Position numbers and translations under genes: made by a program
Assembly (NCBI RefSeq): GCF_963921235.1
Contig: NC_086108.1
Location: 47,432,001 to 47,496,000, forward strand
DNA length: 64,000 bases
Reading direction: 5' to 3'
DNA from: Mobula hypostoma
Lineage: Eukaryota
Notes under the pieces: model-generated
What the model was told of the DNA's origin: nothing
What the model saw: only the letters and a program-made list of their open reading frames with translations
The model's database searches: none
Shown here: positions 1 through 13,130 of the stretch, piece by piece
Position numbering within the stretch: the first letter of the stretch is position 1
How the letters are laid out: each line of letters opens with the position of its first letter

Positions 1-3000
1 GGAGAAAGCAATTGATTGGATTGCTCTGTTGGGAGGTAGTACGGACCTGATAAACCTAATGGCCTTTTCTTGGGTCATAATCAAGAATGTAAGCTCTATT
101 GTCCAATGTCCATCCTGCACCCGGTGGTTCCCTGGTTAATACCTGGTATTGGCTTAGAAGGTTCGGCAGCCTAATTCAGCTGCAAAAAACAACTATTAGG
201 TCCTGTGGAATGAGTCCGCAAATAAGCTTACTGCATTAATAGAGGGGTTATGTACTAGTCCAATTTTGTCCCCTGGCATACTGGAAATAAAATAGCAGAA
301 TAATTCGAATGTCTAGTAGAGTGTTGAGGTGGGTCATAACCTGGTAGGTTGCTGATTGTGACCTACACTGATACGGTCTTCCTTCAGCATGCTCACACTG
401 CATAGTGCCCCCATTGGGGGGAAAAACATTCGGATGCATTCAAATACTGCATGGATTGGCTGGGAATTGTAGAGTTTAGCAAGTCTTGTTTCTGGGGAGA
501 GAGAATACGTCTCAGAAATATGGAATTCAGGCGTCAGTGTATAGAAGAGGGTTTTATAAACGTTTTCCCAGTTTTGGGCTATAAAGATGCAGAGAGGCGG
601 GAGGGACGGACATTTCGTGCACTGTGTCACTGGGAGTTTCTTTCTCCCTGTGCTTATTCGCGGGGGACATCATCCCAGTTCTGTGAGTTTTGGGGTGATA
701 AATCTGCACTGTTACATAAAAAGCGGTTAAATGTTGATTTAGGCATGAACGGAATAAAAACATTCGATCTCTTTAATAGTTTCAGCGCGATAACATTATT
801 ATTGTTAGACATAATGAAGAAATTCCGAAGATACGTTTCTTGATATACCTAATATTCACTCTGCAATTTGAAGGGTCTTGCTACTATCTAACTTTCAGTA
901 ATTTTCACAAACAAAGCCAAAAGTGTGAGTGGACACATTGGGCAATCGCGCTGCCCCGTTGGGCTTAGCTAATTTACCACGGACAGAAGGAAGCCTCTTG
1001 TCGCCCATTTCTGTAACGTTCAGCGTGTCACCGTCCATGCTTGGGCTGAGATTTACCACTTCGCCATTTTACCAGTTACTTTGGGGGAAATTAGGCAAAG
1101 GGCATAAAATCATCAGCCCAGAGAAAGGAACCAAACGGCCCCCAAACAAATGCCTACAGCAACTAACCCCTATTGCAGTGGAAAAGTCCAATTTGTTTTT
1201 AAACAAGACCTATCCATACACAGTTAGTGACCATTAGTTATAAAGCCAGAGAAAGGCCCAGTAAGGAAACAGACAATTTGGTCAGTGATGGCCGTCAACC
1301 ATGCATTAATCCCATTGTTGTGCATTCCATTTGTTTGCTTTAACTTGCTTGTTTATCGTGCGGGTTTCCATTTTATTCACATTTTAAAGGTTAACAGAAA
1401 AATAAAATTGGAAAGCAGCAATAGTAGAAAATGTGAAATCCTAGACGTGGGCCCCAAGAGAAGACAGCAGCAAACCGCGGATGTAGCCAGCAAAGTAGTC
1501 GTGGGACCCCAGCGGCGCAAGGGAAGCCCTCCTGATTAATTAATGCTTTTAAACCAGAATTACAACCGCCACTTTGCTTTCGTCGTTGAGCGCTCCAATT
1601 ATTATACCCTTACAATGAAGGTAACTGTGTGATTTAATGGGAATTCCCCTGATCTCACGAAACAGGGCAGCGCCGCACACCCACTGAAGCCTGTGCTCTC
1701 CGCGCTTTCGATGCCGTAACTGTAAAGGCATTTCCCCCAAATGTTCCAAATGCATCGGCGCTGTTTGCTCCTTCCTTTTGTTGGCTGTTGTTTGTGAAAG
1801 CCGCTTCCTGGGCTGCATTTTAAATGCAATGGATTTAGTTCACGAATCAGGCTGCGGCTGCTGACGGAACGGCCGCCACGCCACGTCTCCATCTCCTGAG
1901 CGAGAGCGCACTGTCACATTTAACAAACCGATAAATTACGGACTTTAGGGTTGGAATGAGACAAACGCTGCTCTTTTAGTCTGCCGACTAACTTAGAAAT
2001 GATTCTGCACATTGGTGTAATGACAATTTCTTTTTGCACCATTTATTAAATGTAATTATTTAATATATTTCTTATTGTAATTCATAGTTTGAAAACAAAT
2101 ATGTATTGCAATATACTGCTGCGTTGAAACAACAAATTTCATGCTTCTGATTGAACAGACATTGGCAACCTTTGTGCTTGCACCGAAAGCTTTGGCGCTA
2201 CAGCCACTGAGAGCCACACAGATGTAGGTGTCCCGCACCTCCATTGACGTAAACAGCGAGTAAATAAAACCATTTAGCAATTCGGCACAACGGTTAAAGT
2301 TATGCCTCCGGGGACAGCAACGGCCAGACAGCCCTGAAGTGGCTCCTTTATTCTGATAGGCCACGCGGCACAAGTGTATAGGGAGCACCAATTCCCAGAG
2401 GTTCCGAATGTGAAAACATTGCTGCCGCCTCTGTTCCCCAAACGTCCACAGCAACCGCTGCGATTTCAAACTCGACTATACAACCTGTGTACTATTTTCA
2501 GCTAGCCGGTACGTGAAAACCGAACATTCAGAGTTTTAATATTTATAGAGAGTAACGGGAGACGTTAATAATTAACCCTTTCATATGCATGAATAAAGTC
2601 AAACACTCCTTTCATACTCGAAGCAGGTAGTCCTCGCCCTGGAAAAGATTGCAGATTTAGAAGTTTTTTTTCCGGCAGACATCTTCAACGCGAGTCGGCA
2701 TGAATCAAGTTTTCCGCTGGAGTTGAGAGTGTGCCATATTTCCCTCCCCACACACAGTCACACCATTCAACTTTCGATCTTTTGCGGCTCTGGGGAGGAT
2801 AACATTACTGACACAAAGTGTCTGGGTTTCCAAAGTAAGTTGGTCATAACTGGGCATGAATGGATGGCGTATCCACGAAGAGTTGAAGAGACACGCACGC
2901 ACGCACAAGCCCTCCAAGAGACGGGCTGGCAAACAAACCTGTATTACAGTATTACTACGGATTAGTTTCATTCGTTGCTCATTGTTCCACACTAACACAA

Positions 3001-3133
3001 CGTAACACAATTCTCTCGATTTCCACTTGTCAAAGATTAACATCTAACAGTACATCTGGTTGAATTACTTGATAGTTTACTCTTCGCCGCGCTACAACCA
3101 GGAAAGTTACCTCTGTAATGAAATCGTCCTTAC

Positions 3134-3185
3134 CTCTGATATAATTGCATTTACTCTCATCCAAGCTGGAGACAGATCCACCCAT
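3134..3185 (-). CDS. NIBAN1: First coding exon of Niban apoptosis regulator 1 (FAM129A): MGGSVSSLDESKCNYIR+G, with N-myristoylation motif
   Basis: Translation matches the recalled human NIBAN1 N-terminus MGGSASSQLDEGKCAYIRG. Good Kozak (GTAATGG). Phase-1 donor AG|GTAAGG at 3133. Divergent to RNF2, as at human 1q25.3. Confidence 0.88.
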
Positions 3186-4100
3186 TACGCCAAGGCTAGA
3201 ATACTGGCCGGAACGCTGAAAGTAAGCGGGATCTAAACTCTCCGCTGAACCACGCCGGACCGAGACTGTCAACCGCGGAACATACAGCCGAATGCTACCC
3301 TGTTCGTTCTGCAATTATAATTAACTTCCTGAGAGAAGTGACCGCCTTCACCCCGCCCCGTTCCTCAGCCAAATCAATTACATTGGCCTAACACAAGAGT
3401 AACTGTCGGCGAATAACTAACAATAACTGAGCGATAGATTGCACAACGTAGTTACATGCCAACAGGTCTGCTGAGCACCAATATCTGTGGTAGATGCTTT
3501 TTCACCCTGTGTCCATGCAAGCACGCTCCCCGAGTGGAATTTCAATCCAAGTGGTAGGAAGAAGAACTCCGTGGATTTGCCTCACTAACCAGCCCTCATA
3601 AATAATTTCGCCACTGATTTAGGATTGTAGGTGGTCAGGGGGGCACAGCACTTAACTTGCCAGTTTTGTAGTTCAAAGGATAAAACAAACTTCCTTGAAC
3701 TGAGTTCTGCCAAAAAAAATTACAAGTAAACTTCCGAGACAAAATAGACAATTCTATACTTGCTATTGCGCTTAGTTTTGACCTTGGAGGAATCAAACTG
3801 GTTTCCACTTCAACCGCTGTTTTGTAACCTTGCCCTGGTTACATCGAACACCCTCCCTCAAATGACAGATCACTACTCCGCCCCACTGAATAGCACTGAA
3901 TCCGGTTGCGCCAGGCCACTGTGGCACGGGTACGCGTGACTTCCACACGGGTCTTGTGGCGACAAAACTCCAGCTTTGCCCTGAGCACTCCTTCGATCGT
4001 GCGAAATAGGAGAGACTCAGATCTGGCGGATCAACACTGGGCGCCCAAGAGATCCCGTGGACCACCAGCAGCGGCAGGGATGTACACCGTAATCACTGGA
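3186..4100 (-). promoter_or_regulatory. CpG-enriched 5'UTR/promoter region of NIBAN1
   Basis: Elevated CpG density, GC boxes (CCCCGCCCC ~3351, CTCCGCCCC ~3875) and a CCAAT-like site (ATTGG ~3382) immediately upstream of the ATG. The TSS cannot be determined from sequence. Confidence 0.5.
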
Positions 4101-4319
4101 TCCTTCATATTCCCCACTCTACTGTTATAACCAAACCCGATTCCATCAGCAATGTCGAAAGGCAAGTTGGGAGCGGCACTGGACTCGGATGAAAACCAAG
4201 TGTCAACTCAGTGAAGCTGCAGGGCATAGGCACAAAAAGCCCAAACAGCAACAGCACCCTGCAACGGCCTAAGCGACCCCACAACCTACAAAATAATATT
4301 CTAACAAACATGAGGACCC

Positions 4320-4428
4320 TTCCAGACCTGATGAAGGATCTCGGCCCAAAACATCGACGGTTTACTCTTTTCCACAGATGCTGCCTGACCTGCTGAGTTC
4401 CTCCGCCATTTTGTGTGTGCTGCTTGAA
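4320..4428 (+). mobile_element. Penelope-like element terminal fragment with degenerate hammerhead motif
   Basis: CTGATGAAGGATCTCGGCCCAAAACATCGAC...GATGCTGCCTGACCTGCTGAGTTCCTCC, homologous to the terminus of the 40244-42140 element. Confidence 0.7.
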
Positions 4429-4474
4429 CAATACGGTTGGAAGGAGGAGAACCAAGAAGTAGTTGCAAATGTAA

Positions 4475-4770
4475 CAGTGGCTGGGCAACTCCAGCACCCT
4501 GGGTTCAACTCCGACCTCAGGAGCTGTCTGTGTGAATTTTGCATGTGCTCCCTGTGATCAAATGGGTTTCCTCTAGGTCTCTGATGAAAGGGCACATCCC
4601 AAATGAGCTGTTGCTAGGTTAACTGACAACAGCAGGTGGGTGATGGGAAAACCAAGATGGAGTTGATGGGTTGGTGTGAGAAATTACTTATGTGGGTGTA
4701 GGTGAGATTGATGAGGCTGCTTTGAGGTAAATTATTGATTCAGTGGGTTGAATAGCCTACTTCGGTGTCA
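4475..4770 (+). mobile_element. Degenerate V-SINE/HE1-like tRNA-derived SINE
   Basis: B-box-like GGGTTCAACTCC followed by V-domain-like CTGTGTGAATTTTGCATGTGCTCCCTGTG...TGGGTTTCCTC. Confidence 0.55.
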
Positions 4771-6503
4771 GGACCCAGCATCTGCATGCTAAAAGTAAGG
4801 TTATAACTGACAGCTGAGAGAGTGATTCACCTTGACTTCTTCATCCAATCCCTGCCATCACAGAAGACAGTCTTCAGACATTCAATTTGCTCCCTGAGAT
4901 TTCAAGAACCAGTTGAGAGAAATTGATGCAGTAAAGACTAAGGAATCAGGCAATATCCCAGCTGTAGGACTAAAGATCTGCACTCCTGAAGTAACAACAT
5001 GTTTAGCCAAACTATTCCAGTACAGTTACAGTGGCATCGGCCTAACAAAGTTAAAGTCAAAGCAAATTTATTATCAATGTATGTATTTGTCACTTTACAC
5101 TACCTTTACAGGAAAACGAAGAAATGCAATGGAGTTTTTAAAAAGCTCAACAAAACTCTTCCTGAACCTGGTGGTGGGGGACACAAGCGTCATCACAGCA
5201 ACACAGAAAACACAAAGTCAGCAGCTTAGGCGGTGTCCAGGGATTGAAGTGGACAGTTGACGTTTTGAGTCAAGGCCCTTCATCTGTAGTGGCAACTATC
5301 TATTTCCGTCCATTGATGCTGCCTGGCCCACCGAGTTCCACAGCTTTTTGTGTGTTACTCCAGACTGCAATTTCTCATGTCTCCAGTGTGGAAAATGGCT
5401 CAGGTATGTCCTTTTTACAAAAAAAAGAGGAAAAATCCGATCCAGTTTATCTCTACCCAATCATTCAATTCTCAATCATCAGCAAAAACAAGGGTTATCA
5501 ATAGCTGGAATATGTGATTAATGTAGGCTTGGTGTGAAAGGGTGGTTGAAGATCTTTGCCGACTCAGTGAGTCAAAGAGCCAGTTTCCATTCCGCATAAC
5601 TCTGCGATTTACATCATTGTGTAAAGCTAGTGCAATAATATCATGGAGTTTTTGAACCATTCAGTGTTCCGTATTTCAGTTGAAGTGAAGTAATATAGGT
5701 ATTCCCTGCCCTGATATCCCATGCATATTTTTCTCTTCCTATTGGTTCCCCAGCTGAGTGTTACAGGGTTAGCAGTTGCTTTTGAAGGCCAACCTATTAC
5801 TAAATTACTTTTAGTAGTTTCTTGTTTATATTAACTCTCTTATTAGAAGAATTTATCCAAGTGATTATTTTTCATCTGTCTGCTGGGAAGTAGGTGTTTT
5901 TTTCTGTATGTTGTTCCATTAGTCATTGAGTAAGTATAAATGAGAATTCCTATTAGAATATTGCTCTAAAACAAACTTCAAAGATTAGTGAGAGAAAATA
6001 AAATTATTCACTCCTGCTTTGATGTACCTTTTTTAAAAAAATAACTGACAGTAATGCTGGTATTGCTAGCATTTAGTGCCCATCCTGAACAGGATTTGAG
6101 AAGATTGTACTTTATGAATGAAAGATTTAAGATTAAGAGTTAACCGTCATCATTTACCTTCTGTGTAAGCAATGTTTTCTAACATCACCCCTGAAAGGTC
6201 TGGATGTACTTTTAAGATGGTGCAACATGATCCTAAACTCCACAACCAGCAAAAATATTTCCCCTCTGTCTACATTATTAGTTTCACATTGTGGGGATAT
6301 TCAAATGGACTGCTTATCCAAGATGGTTTTAAGCTTTATGAAGATGCATTCATCAAAGCAAGTGGAGATATTGCACTGCTTTATTGTGTCTTTGGCAAGT
6401 TAGGAAGAGGCTAAGCTAATGACCAAGCTTCTTAAACTGTGTACAAGGCAGGTCCTGTTAAGGTGGTGGTCAATGGTGCCCCTTAAAGTTTCCATCGATC
6501 TCA

Positions 6504-7418
6504 ATATATAAGTTTGCTGATGATACCACAATTGTAGGCCGTATCTCGGGTAATGATGAGTTTGAGTACAGAGAGGAAATTAAGACCTGGTGGTATGGTG
6601 CGAAGACAATAACCTATCCCTCAACGTCAGCAAGATGAAGGAATTGGTTGTTGACTTCAGAAAGAGTAGTGGACCGCACAACCCCATTTACATTGGTGGT
6701 GCGCAAGTGGAACAGGTCAAAAGCTTTAAGTTCCTTGGGGTCAATATCACAAATGGCCTGACTTGGTCCAACCATGCAGAGTCCACTGCCAAGAAGGCCC
6801 ACCAGTGCCTTTACTTCCTGAGAAAACTAAAGAAATTTGGCATGTCCCCTAAAACCCGCACTAATTTTTATAGATGCACCGTAGAAAGCATTCTTCTAGG
6901 GTGCATCACAACCTGGTATGGAAGTTGTCCTGTCCAAGACCGGAAGAAGCTGCAGAAGATCGTGAACACAGCCCAGCACATCACACAAACCTATCTTCCG
7001 TCCTTGGATTCACTTTACTCCGTACGCTGTCAGAGCAGTGCTGCTAGGATAATCAAGGACACGACCCACCCAGCCAACACACTTTTCGTCTCTCTTCTCT
7101 CCGGGAGAAGGCTCAGGAGCTTGAAGACTCATACAGCCAGATTTGGGAACAGCTTCTTTCCAACTGTGTTAAGGCTGCTGAACGGATCCTGACCCGGATC
7201 TGGGCTGTACCCTCCAAATATCCAGACCTGCATCTCGGTTTTTTTGCACTACCTTACTTTCCCTTTTCTATTTTCTATTTATGATTTATAATTTAAGTTT
7301 TTAATATTTACTATCGATTTGTAATCCAGGGAGTGCAAAGCGCAGAATCAAATATCGCTGTGATGATTGTACGCTCTAGTATCAATTGTTTGGCGACAAT
7401 AAAGTATAAAGTATAAAG
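6504..7418 (+). mobile_element. Rex1/Babar-type non-LTR retrotransposon, 5'-truncated (RT C-terminus, 3'UTR, TAAAGTA tail)
   Basis: KFADDTTIVG motif, then ORF 6590-7192 WCEDNNLSLNVSKMKELVVDFRK...FKFLGVNI...SFFPTVLRLLN. Ends in AATAAAGTATAAAGTATAAAG. Confidence 0.85.
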
Positions 7419-9601
7419 ATATTAATGTTAATAAGCATTGGATGATATTGAGATGTGGCTCGACCACCTTTATTGATGTGGTCAGGCCATGGCACTTTGT
7501 GGCATAAACTTTACTTGCTAAACTGAATGTTCCTCTAGACTTGCTGAAGTCTTTAAATGGAATTGAAAATTGTCCCATGATCGGTGAACATCCCAACTTC
7601 AGACCTAACACTGATGAAACAACTGAAATTGGTGTGTCCTCAGGACCTCACTTAGAGAGCTGGTCAATGTCTTAGAAACAGAAATGGCATGCCAAATATG
7701 GAAAAGTGTGCACGTACACTATGAACTTCTTCCCCTTTGGGATACAGACAGTATCACAGATACAGTATATTCCTGGGTTTATCCACTGAAATCAGAAGTG
7801 GGTAGAACTCTCATTCAATACAGTTTAATTAAATACCACCTGAGTCAAAGAATCACTTTGCAATATTGATAGAAAAGAAAAAGATGCACCTGCAGTTTTT
7901 CCATTGTGGCAACAAAAGGGACATCTTGGCCAGCAGAGGAATTAAATGACAATAGTGAAACCATACACATAGGTTCTATATAAGTCTTCTATAACCCAAG
8001 GCAAGTTTTCAAGAAAAACAATGCCATGCTTGTTAATTTTTGGAGATCAAAGGAAATGACTTTGCTCCATAAAATCCACAGATGGGTCAGAATTGCTGAA
8101 TAGATCACAGAATGGTTACTGTAGTGAAGAACGCTATTCAGCCTACTGATCTGTACATAAGAACAATCCAGCTCATGCAAATATCTTGCTCTTTCTCTCT
8201 CCTCTGCCTGCATTTTCAATCCTTTTTTAGATATCCATCTGGCTCCCTTTTGAATGTTGCATTCTAGATCGACTTGCTTTATAAAAGTAAAATTCTTTGT
8301 CCCACTTCTGGTAATCATTTTTAGTCTATATTCCATGGTCTTTGCCTGCCCACCAATCCAAGGCTGCCAACATATGTCACTCTGAGTACAGTCTGAACCC
8401 CCAGAGCAAGTAACTTGATTGCAAATCGATCAGAATAACCATGGAAAGAACCAATAAGAATAATAAAAATGATACTGAAATGCATATTTTACGGATACTA
8501 TAGGGTCTTGGTCACACAAAAAAGTCATAAGTGATTCTGTTTACATAGTTTCAAAGAAGAATGTTACCACAAATAAAAGGATATTATATAATTACAATAC
8601 TATGTTAAGAACTATAAATTTATAATAAATTGTCATTTAATAATAACAAACTAAAGCTTACTGTCTCTGCCATTATTCATCTTATTTTGTAGCTAATAAG
8701 GAGGAAACAGATGGCAGACAGATTATCTGCTCTCGTTACAGAAACACTAAGAAAGGGCCAGTTAATCTAAAGTCCAGTTGTATTCCTAATTCATATCTTA
8801 ATTATATATCCTTCATGATGTCTGCTTTTCACAGTTAAGTCACAAGGTATTTTACATTCAGAAGAAGCTCATTATACAACTTAATAGTCTTTATTTAATA
8901 AAGCATTTAAAGTTATTGAAGCTTCTTTCTGTGCTCAATTATGAACAAATATTACAATCTAATGTGAAAAAAGTAATGATTCTTAACCAAGCATTTAGCA
9001 TATTATCTCTAAATTGCAATTTATTACAAATAATTCCAATAACCTAAGTCAAATCAACTAACTGTGGTTGTAATTTTGGATGAATATTTTGGTTGTATTG
9101 ATTACTAATTTTGACACTACTACTCTCCCCCCCCAACAAAGTGTCAACATTTATTAGTAATAATATGACCCTTAGAGTAGGAAAAATCATTTGTTTTGAA
9201 TTTCAGAGTTGTACCTTGAATTGAACATTATTGCTTTATCCCACTGTGACAATTTGATTGCTAATACTGGCAATTGTATTAAATCTGATTAAGACTGCCA
9301 CTGTAATGTCAATAATTGTGAGTTTTGGGCAGTATTGTACTGTTAATTTGAGCACAGTAGGAATTTACTTACCCAATCTCATTTAATTTAGAAATCAAAA
9401 GGTTAACTGGTATTTCACCAATGAAAGTTTAATTTGAAACTAAAGGCTCAAGGAGTAAATAAATTACAGAAATCAAACAGCTTTGCTAGAGAGATTTTTT
9501 TTTCATATTCTTTTGGACTGATATCTAACCTAGAGCACTAGTGAGTGAAAATTGTCATGGAAACAGAATTCAGTATGTTGCGGCGTGGAATTGCTTCATG
9601 C

Positions 9602-9684
9602 TTATCTTTGTTCATTGACTGTGTCTCCTGCCTTTAAAATATTATATTTTAAAGGCAGGAAACACAGTCAGTGAACAAAGATAA
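9602..9684. repeat. Near-perfect 83-bp palindrome (41-bp arms, 1-nt spacer, 2 mismatches)
   Basis: TTATCTTTGTTCATTGACTGTGTCTCCTGCCTTTAAAATAT-T-ATATTTTAAAGGCAGGAAACACAGTCAGTGAACAAAGATAA, read directly. Confidence 0.9.
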
Positions 9685-9939
9685 TTATTTTTGGTTAGGA
9701 GATGTGATGGTAACCTAGAAATTGTCACCTGTCTTTGGAAGTTAATTACTTTTTCAGACTGGAAACATTATTGAAACCATTACTAATTTAGCAATGCACT
9801 GAATTAAGAGCTTAAAATGCTTAGAAAAATCATTGATGTAATCAGTGGAGATTCTGCTAGTGAAGTGCATAAATTCACATAATAAACAATATATCAGATT
9901 CTGTCCATGTGGTTATCATGTAATGGGCTGCAATGCTTC

Positions 9940-10700
9940 CCATTTTAGCACTGACCACGTTCCTGAATTCAGCTAAAACTCCTACACCTCCTCCCTCACC
10001 ACCATTCAGGAGTCTAAGCAGTCCATCCAGGTGAGGCCGTCCTTTACATGTCAATCTGCCACTGTCATTTTTTGCATTCAAGTGGCCTCTTCCACATTGG
10101 TAGAGTGACTTTGTTGAACACCTTTGCTCTGTCACCGTAACAGCTGGGATCTTCTGGTGGCCAGCCATTTTAATTTCACTTCCTAGTCTTATAGTCTGTG
10201 AATGGCTACCTCCACTGACAAGTTGAGACGAGATGCTGAGTAGAGGAATAGCACCTCAAATTCCACCTTGGTAGTCTCCAATCTGATAACATGAACATTC
10301 ACTTCTGTAACTTCCGGCAAGCACTCCCCTCTTTTCCCCCATTTTTTTGTTTTCTCTTATTCCACTGGCCCCATCATCCCTTCTCTTCGTCCTCCCCTTC
10401 TCCCTCCGTCTGCCCATTACTCATACATTCCTTCCTTTGGTTCCCCTCCTTCCATGAACCACTGTCCTCTCTTATCAGATTCCATTTCCTTCACTTCCAC
10501 CGATAACTTCCCCACTTCTTACACCGTTCTCACTTTCCCCCTTCCCCACTTGCCTATCTGCCCCTTCTTGCCTAGATTTACCAATCACCTACTAGCCCTT
10601 GCTCCACCCCTTCCCCTCACTGTTTCATTCTGGTGATTTCCACTCTTTCTTTCAAGAAGGGTCCGGACCCAAAATGTTGATTGTCCATTTCACTGCTTGA
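9940..10700 (+). mobile_element. Old Penelope-like element 3' fragment (decayed GIY-YIG end, pyrimidine-rich UTR)
   Basis: Nucleotide similarity to the GIY-YIG end of the 40244-42140 element (GGTAGTCTCCAATCTGATAACATGAACATTCACTTCTGTAACTTCCG), then a C/T-rich tract. Confidence 0.75.
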
Positions 10701-12429
10701 CCCACAGCCCTAAGATACCTGTCTCATTTGAATCTTTAAGCATTATTTTCACAAAGCTCAAAACCCAACTCCAACTTTAATTGTACAATTATATAGACGA
10801 CTATACCGTGAGCATCTTCATTTTCAGCTCAGTCATTTCCTCTGTTGCTTCACTGTCTGTCATTGTTCTAGCAAGCCATATCAACGGCTGGCTGGCTCAC
10901 CCTGACATAATTAAATTCCATTGATACACTTTAATTTATTTTGAACATAATATTGTAGAGAAAATGTGACTAGCACCACCACTAGCCAAGAACCTATGAC
11001 ACTTGACTGCAAGATGTTCCAGCTCTGTGGAATGACTGCGACAGAACCCTCACGCTTGTGCACCATGATATGTTAACCATGAAGCAAATTCCGCAGTCTC
11101 TGCCTTTACCTGATGCTGTTGTCTAGTCCATACAATGGATGGTAAAGCCCTCCATTGCTCATTTTAATTGCAGGTGTGAATTGTGAAACAACGATCAAAT
11201 TGCAATTGTATATATACTTTCAGAAAGGAGGCTGGGATATAATTTCTGTTTGAAAGGTCTTTTTTCCAACAAAATGAAGTGTGGGAGCGATGGGTATATA
11301 CGAATTATTTATTGAACTTTGAAAAATTCAATGTTTAATGTATATGAAATTTTAAAATTCGATGTATATGAACGCTTTTCTACGCTGAGACTCGTACTTT
11401 CAACTTGGAATCAGGTATTGGGCTAAAATAGAGACAGACACCTAAAGCGGTCAGAATTGCTCTGCTGTTGCACGAAGCTCCAATTCACGTTCCCCGGAAG
11501 ACACAAAGGTCCAAGAAAAACACAGAAAATCCAAATTCAGATCCCAGCATTGCGGCAATGCAAGTTAAATAGATTTAATTATCAGGAGCAAAAGCGGGTA
11601 GTGTTTAAGATTTTAAAATTTCTTGTCCTGAACCATCAATAAAAACGATTATGTGTCATCTCGGACTGTGGAAATTTTACAAAATTGGCGGTCAGGTTTC
11701 CTTCGAATGCTCTGAATGGGATACAAACCTTACGACTGAACGACAGGATGGTGAATATTCCTGATAATACTCTAGGTCAAGTTTGACACGTGTTGACTTC
11801 ATTTTAAGACACTACTGGGCACACAGTTCCTGCTCCGACACCAACATCTGCAGAAACCTGACTCCGTGCGAAGTTTAACGTGAAGTGACGAGACCTAAAT
11901 ACTCCATCCTTGAAATACAAGTAGCACTTTCTTTACCTTCGATGCAAACATGGAACAAAGTTGATATTTTGTCATCAGCAGTAATTAAAATACAATCTGT
12001 TAGTTGTGTTTTATTGCAGTTTAGTAGTTAACTTAATCAGAATCCCGTTAATACAAAATGCAAGGTATCTGTAAAATCAAAAGGACATTTCCATACGATA
12101 TGACAATTCCCATCTTTCACCTTTCAATTCAATTAGAGACGAGAAATTCTATGCAAGTCCATACAGGTTGACTTTACAGTGAATAATTTAATTCATGTTA
12201 TTTGCCAGCACATTTTTTGTAATCCCCCCAAAAGAACGAGCAATAAAACAGTGTATTAAAAGTATATAGATGACAACATCTAATGCGGTAAAATAAGACC
12301 GCAAATAATTATGACAATGATGATGTAATCCGTAATTATAAGCAGTTGCATCCCTTTTCTGTCTCTGCAAAGGTAGTAATAACGGTGGATGCAGAAAGAA
12401 CGAGTTATATTCCAAATGCAGATTGCTTT

Positions 12430-13130
12430 CCCAATGTCCATTGCGGAGACTCGCCATATTGCAAGTGGCTTGGAGCTTCGGGGCTGTTTACATCGTGGGA
12501 GGGAGGAGAGAGTGCTGGCGGACCGAGTAGCTCGGTCTCCCCATTACAAGGACGGTGAGTGTGGGGCTCAGGGTGAGGGCCGGCGGGGAGGAAGAGGCGG
12601 TTGTGATTGTTGGACCCCGAATGTACGGTGTTGTAGCGGCGGCGTAGCCGCTAATTCGGTCCTGCAGCCGGCCCGGCATGGCTCTCACCTTCCCGTAACA
12701 ATGCTCAGACTTACAGAGAGGGGCCGCCCGCTATTTCAGTGACCCTTTCGGAAATGCATGAGTGAATGAGGCTGTGAGGTGCGGGGTTGCTGTTTGAAGC
12801 TCTTCTCTCCCATACCTGCTTTGTGGCTGCAATGTGTGTATGTGTGTGTGTTCGTGTTCCAGCGCTGTTGTTATTCCTTCGGTGTTCGCGAGTGAGAAGT
12901 GTTCGCTTCACACGGCGGGGGCGGTTTTCTTTCTGATTCGGGCCGTTTGTAATGTTAGTGTTGGGGAGGGATGGCAGACTGGCCGACGGAGCCCCCTCGC
13001 CGATGCCACTACGCCGAGCTGCTGCTTGAACTTGTAATTATTGTGTATGTGTAAAAACACATTACATACTCACAAATAAGCCCCGGCTCCCGCCTCTCGG
13101 CAGTCGCGATTGAATGTTTATCGCCGTGTG
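12430..13130 (+). promoter_or_regulatory. RNF2: CpG island: putative RNF2 promoter and non-coding exon 1 ending at 12554 (donor ACG|GTGAGT)
   Basis: The most CpG-rich non-repeat stretch upstream of the first coding exon. Consensus donor GTGAGT at 12555 and YY1-type motif CGCCATATTG at 12452-12461. The ATG exon has only 2 nt of UTR, so an upstream exon is required. Confidence 0.6.

Noticed and set aside
248..2469. Short ORFs in the first 2.5 kb
   Set aside because: No recognisable domains or convincing exon structure; the region is NIBAN1 intron 1.
3030..3314. 94-aa ORF as a whole, its TTG-initiated extension, and a second donor (GAG|GTAACT at 3110)
   Set aside because: Only 3134-3185 matches NIBAN1. 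The rest is UTR and intron read-through, and the second donor would change phase. No support without transcripts.
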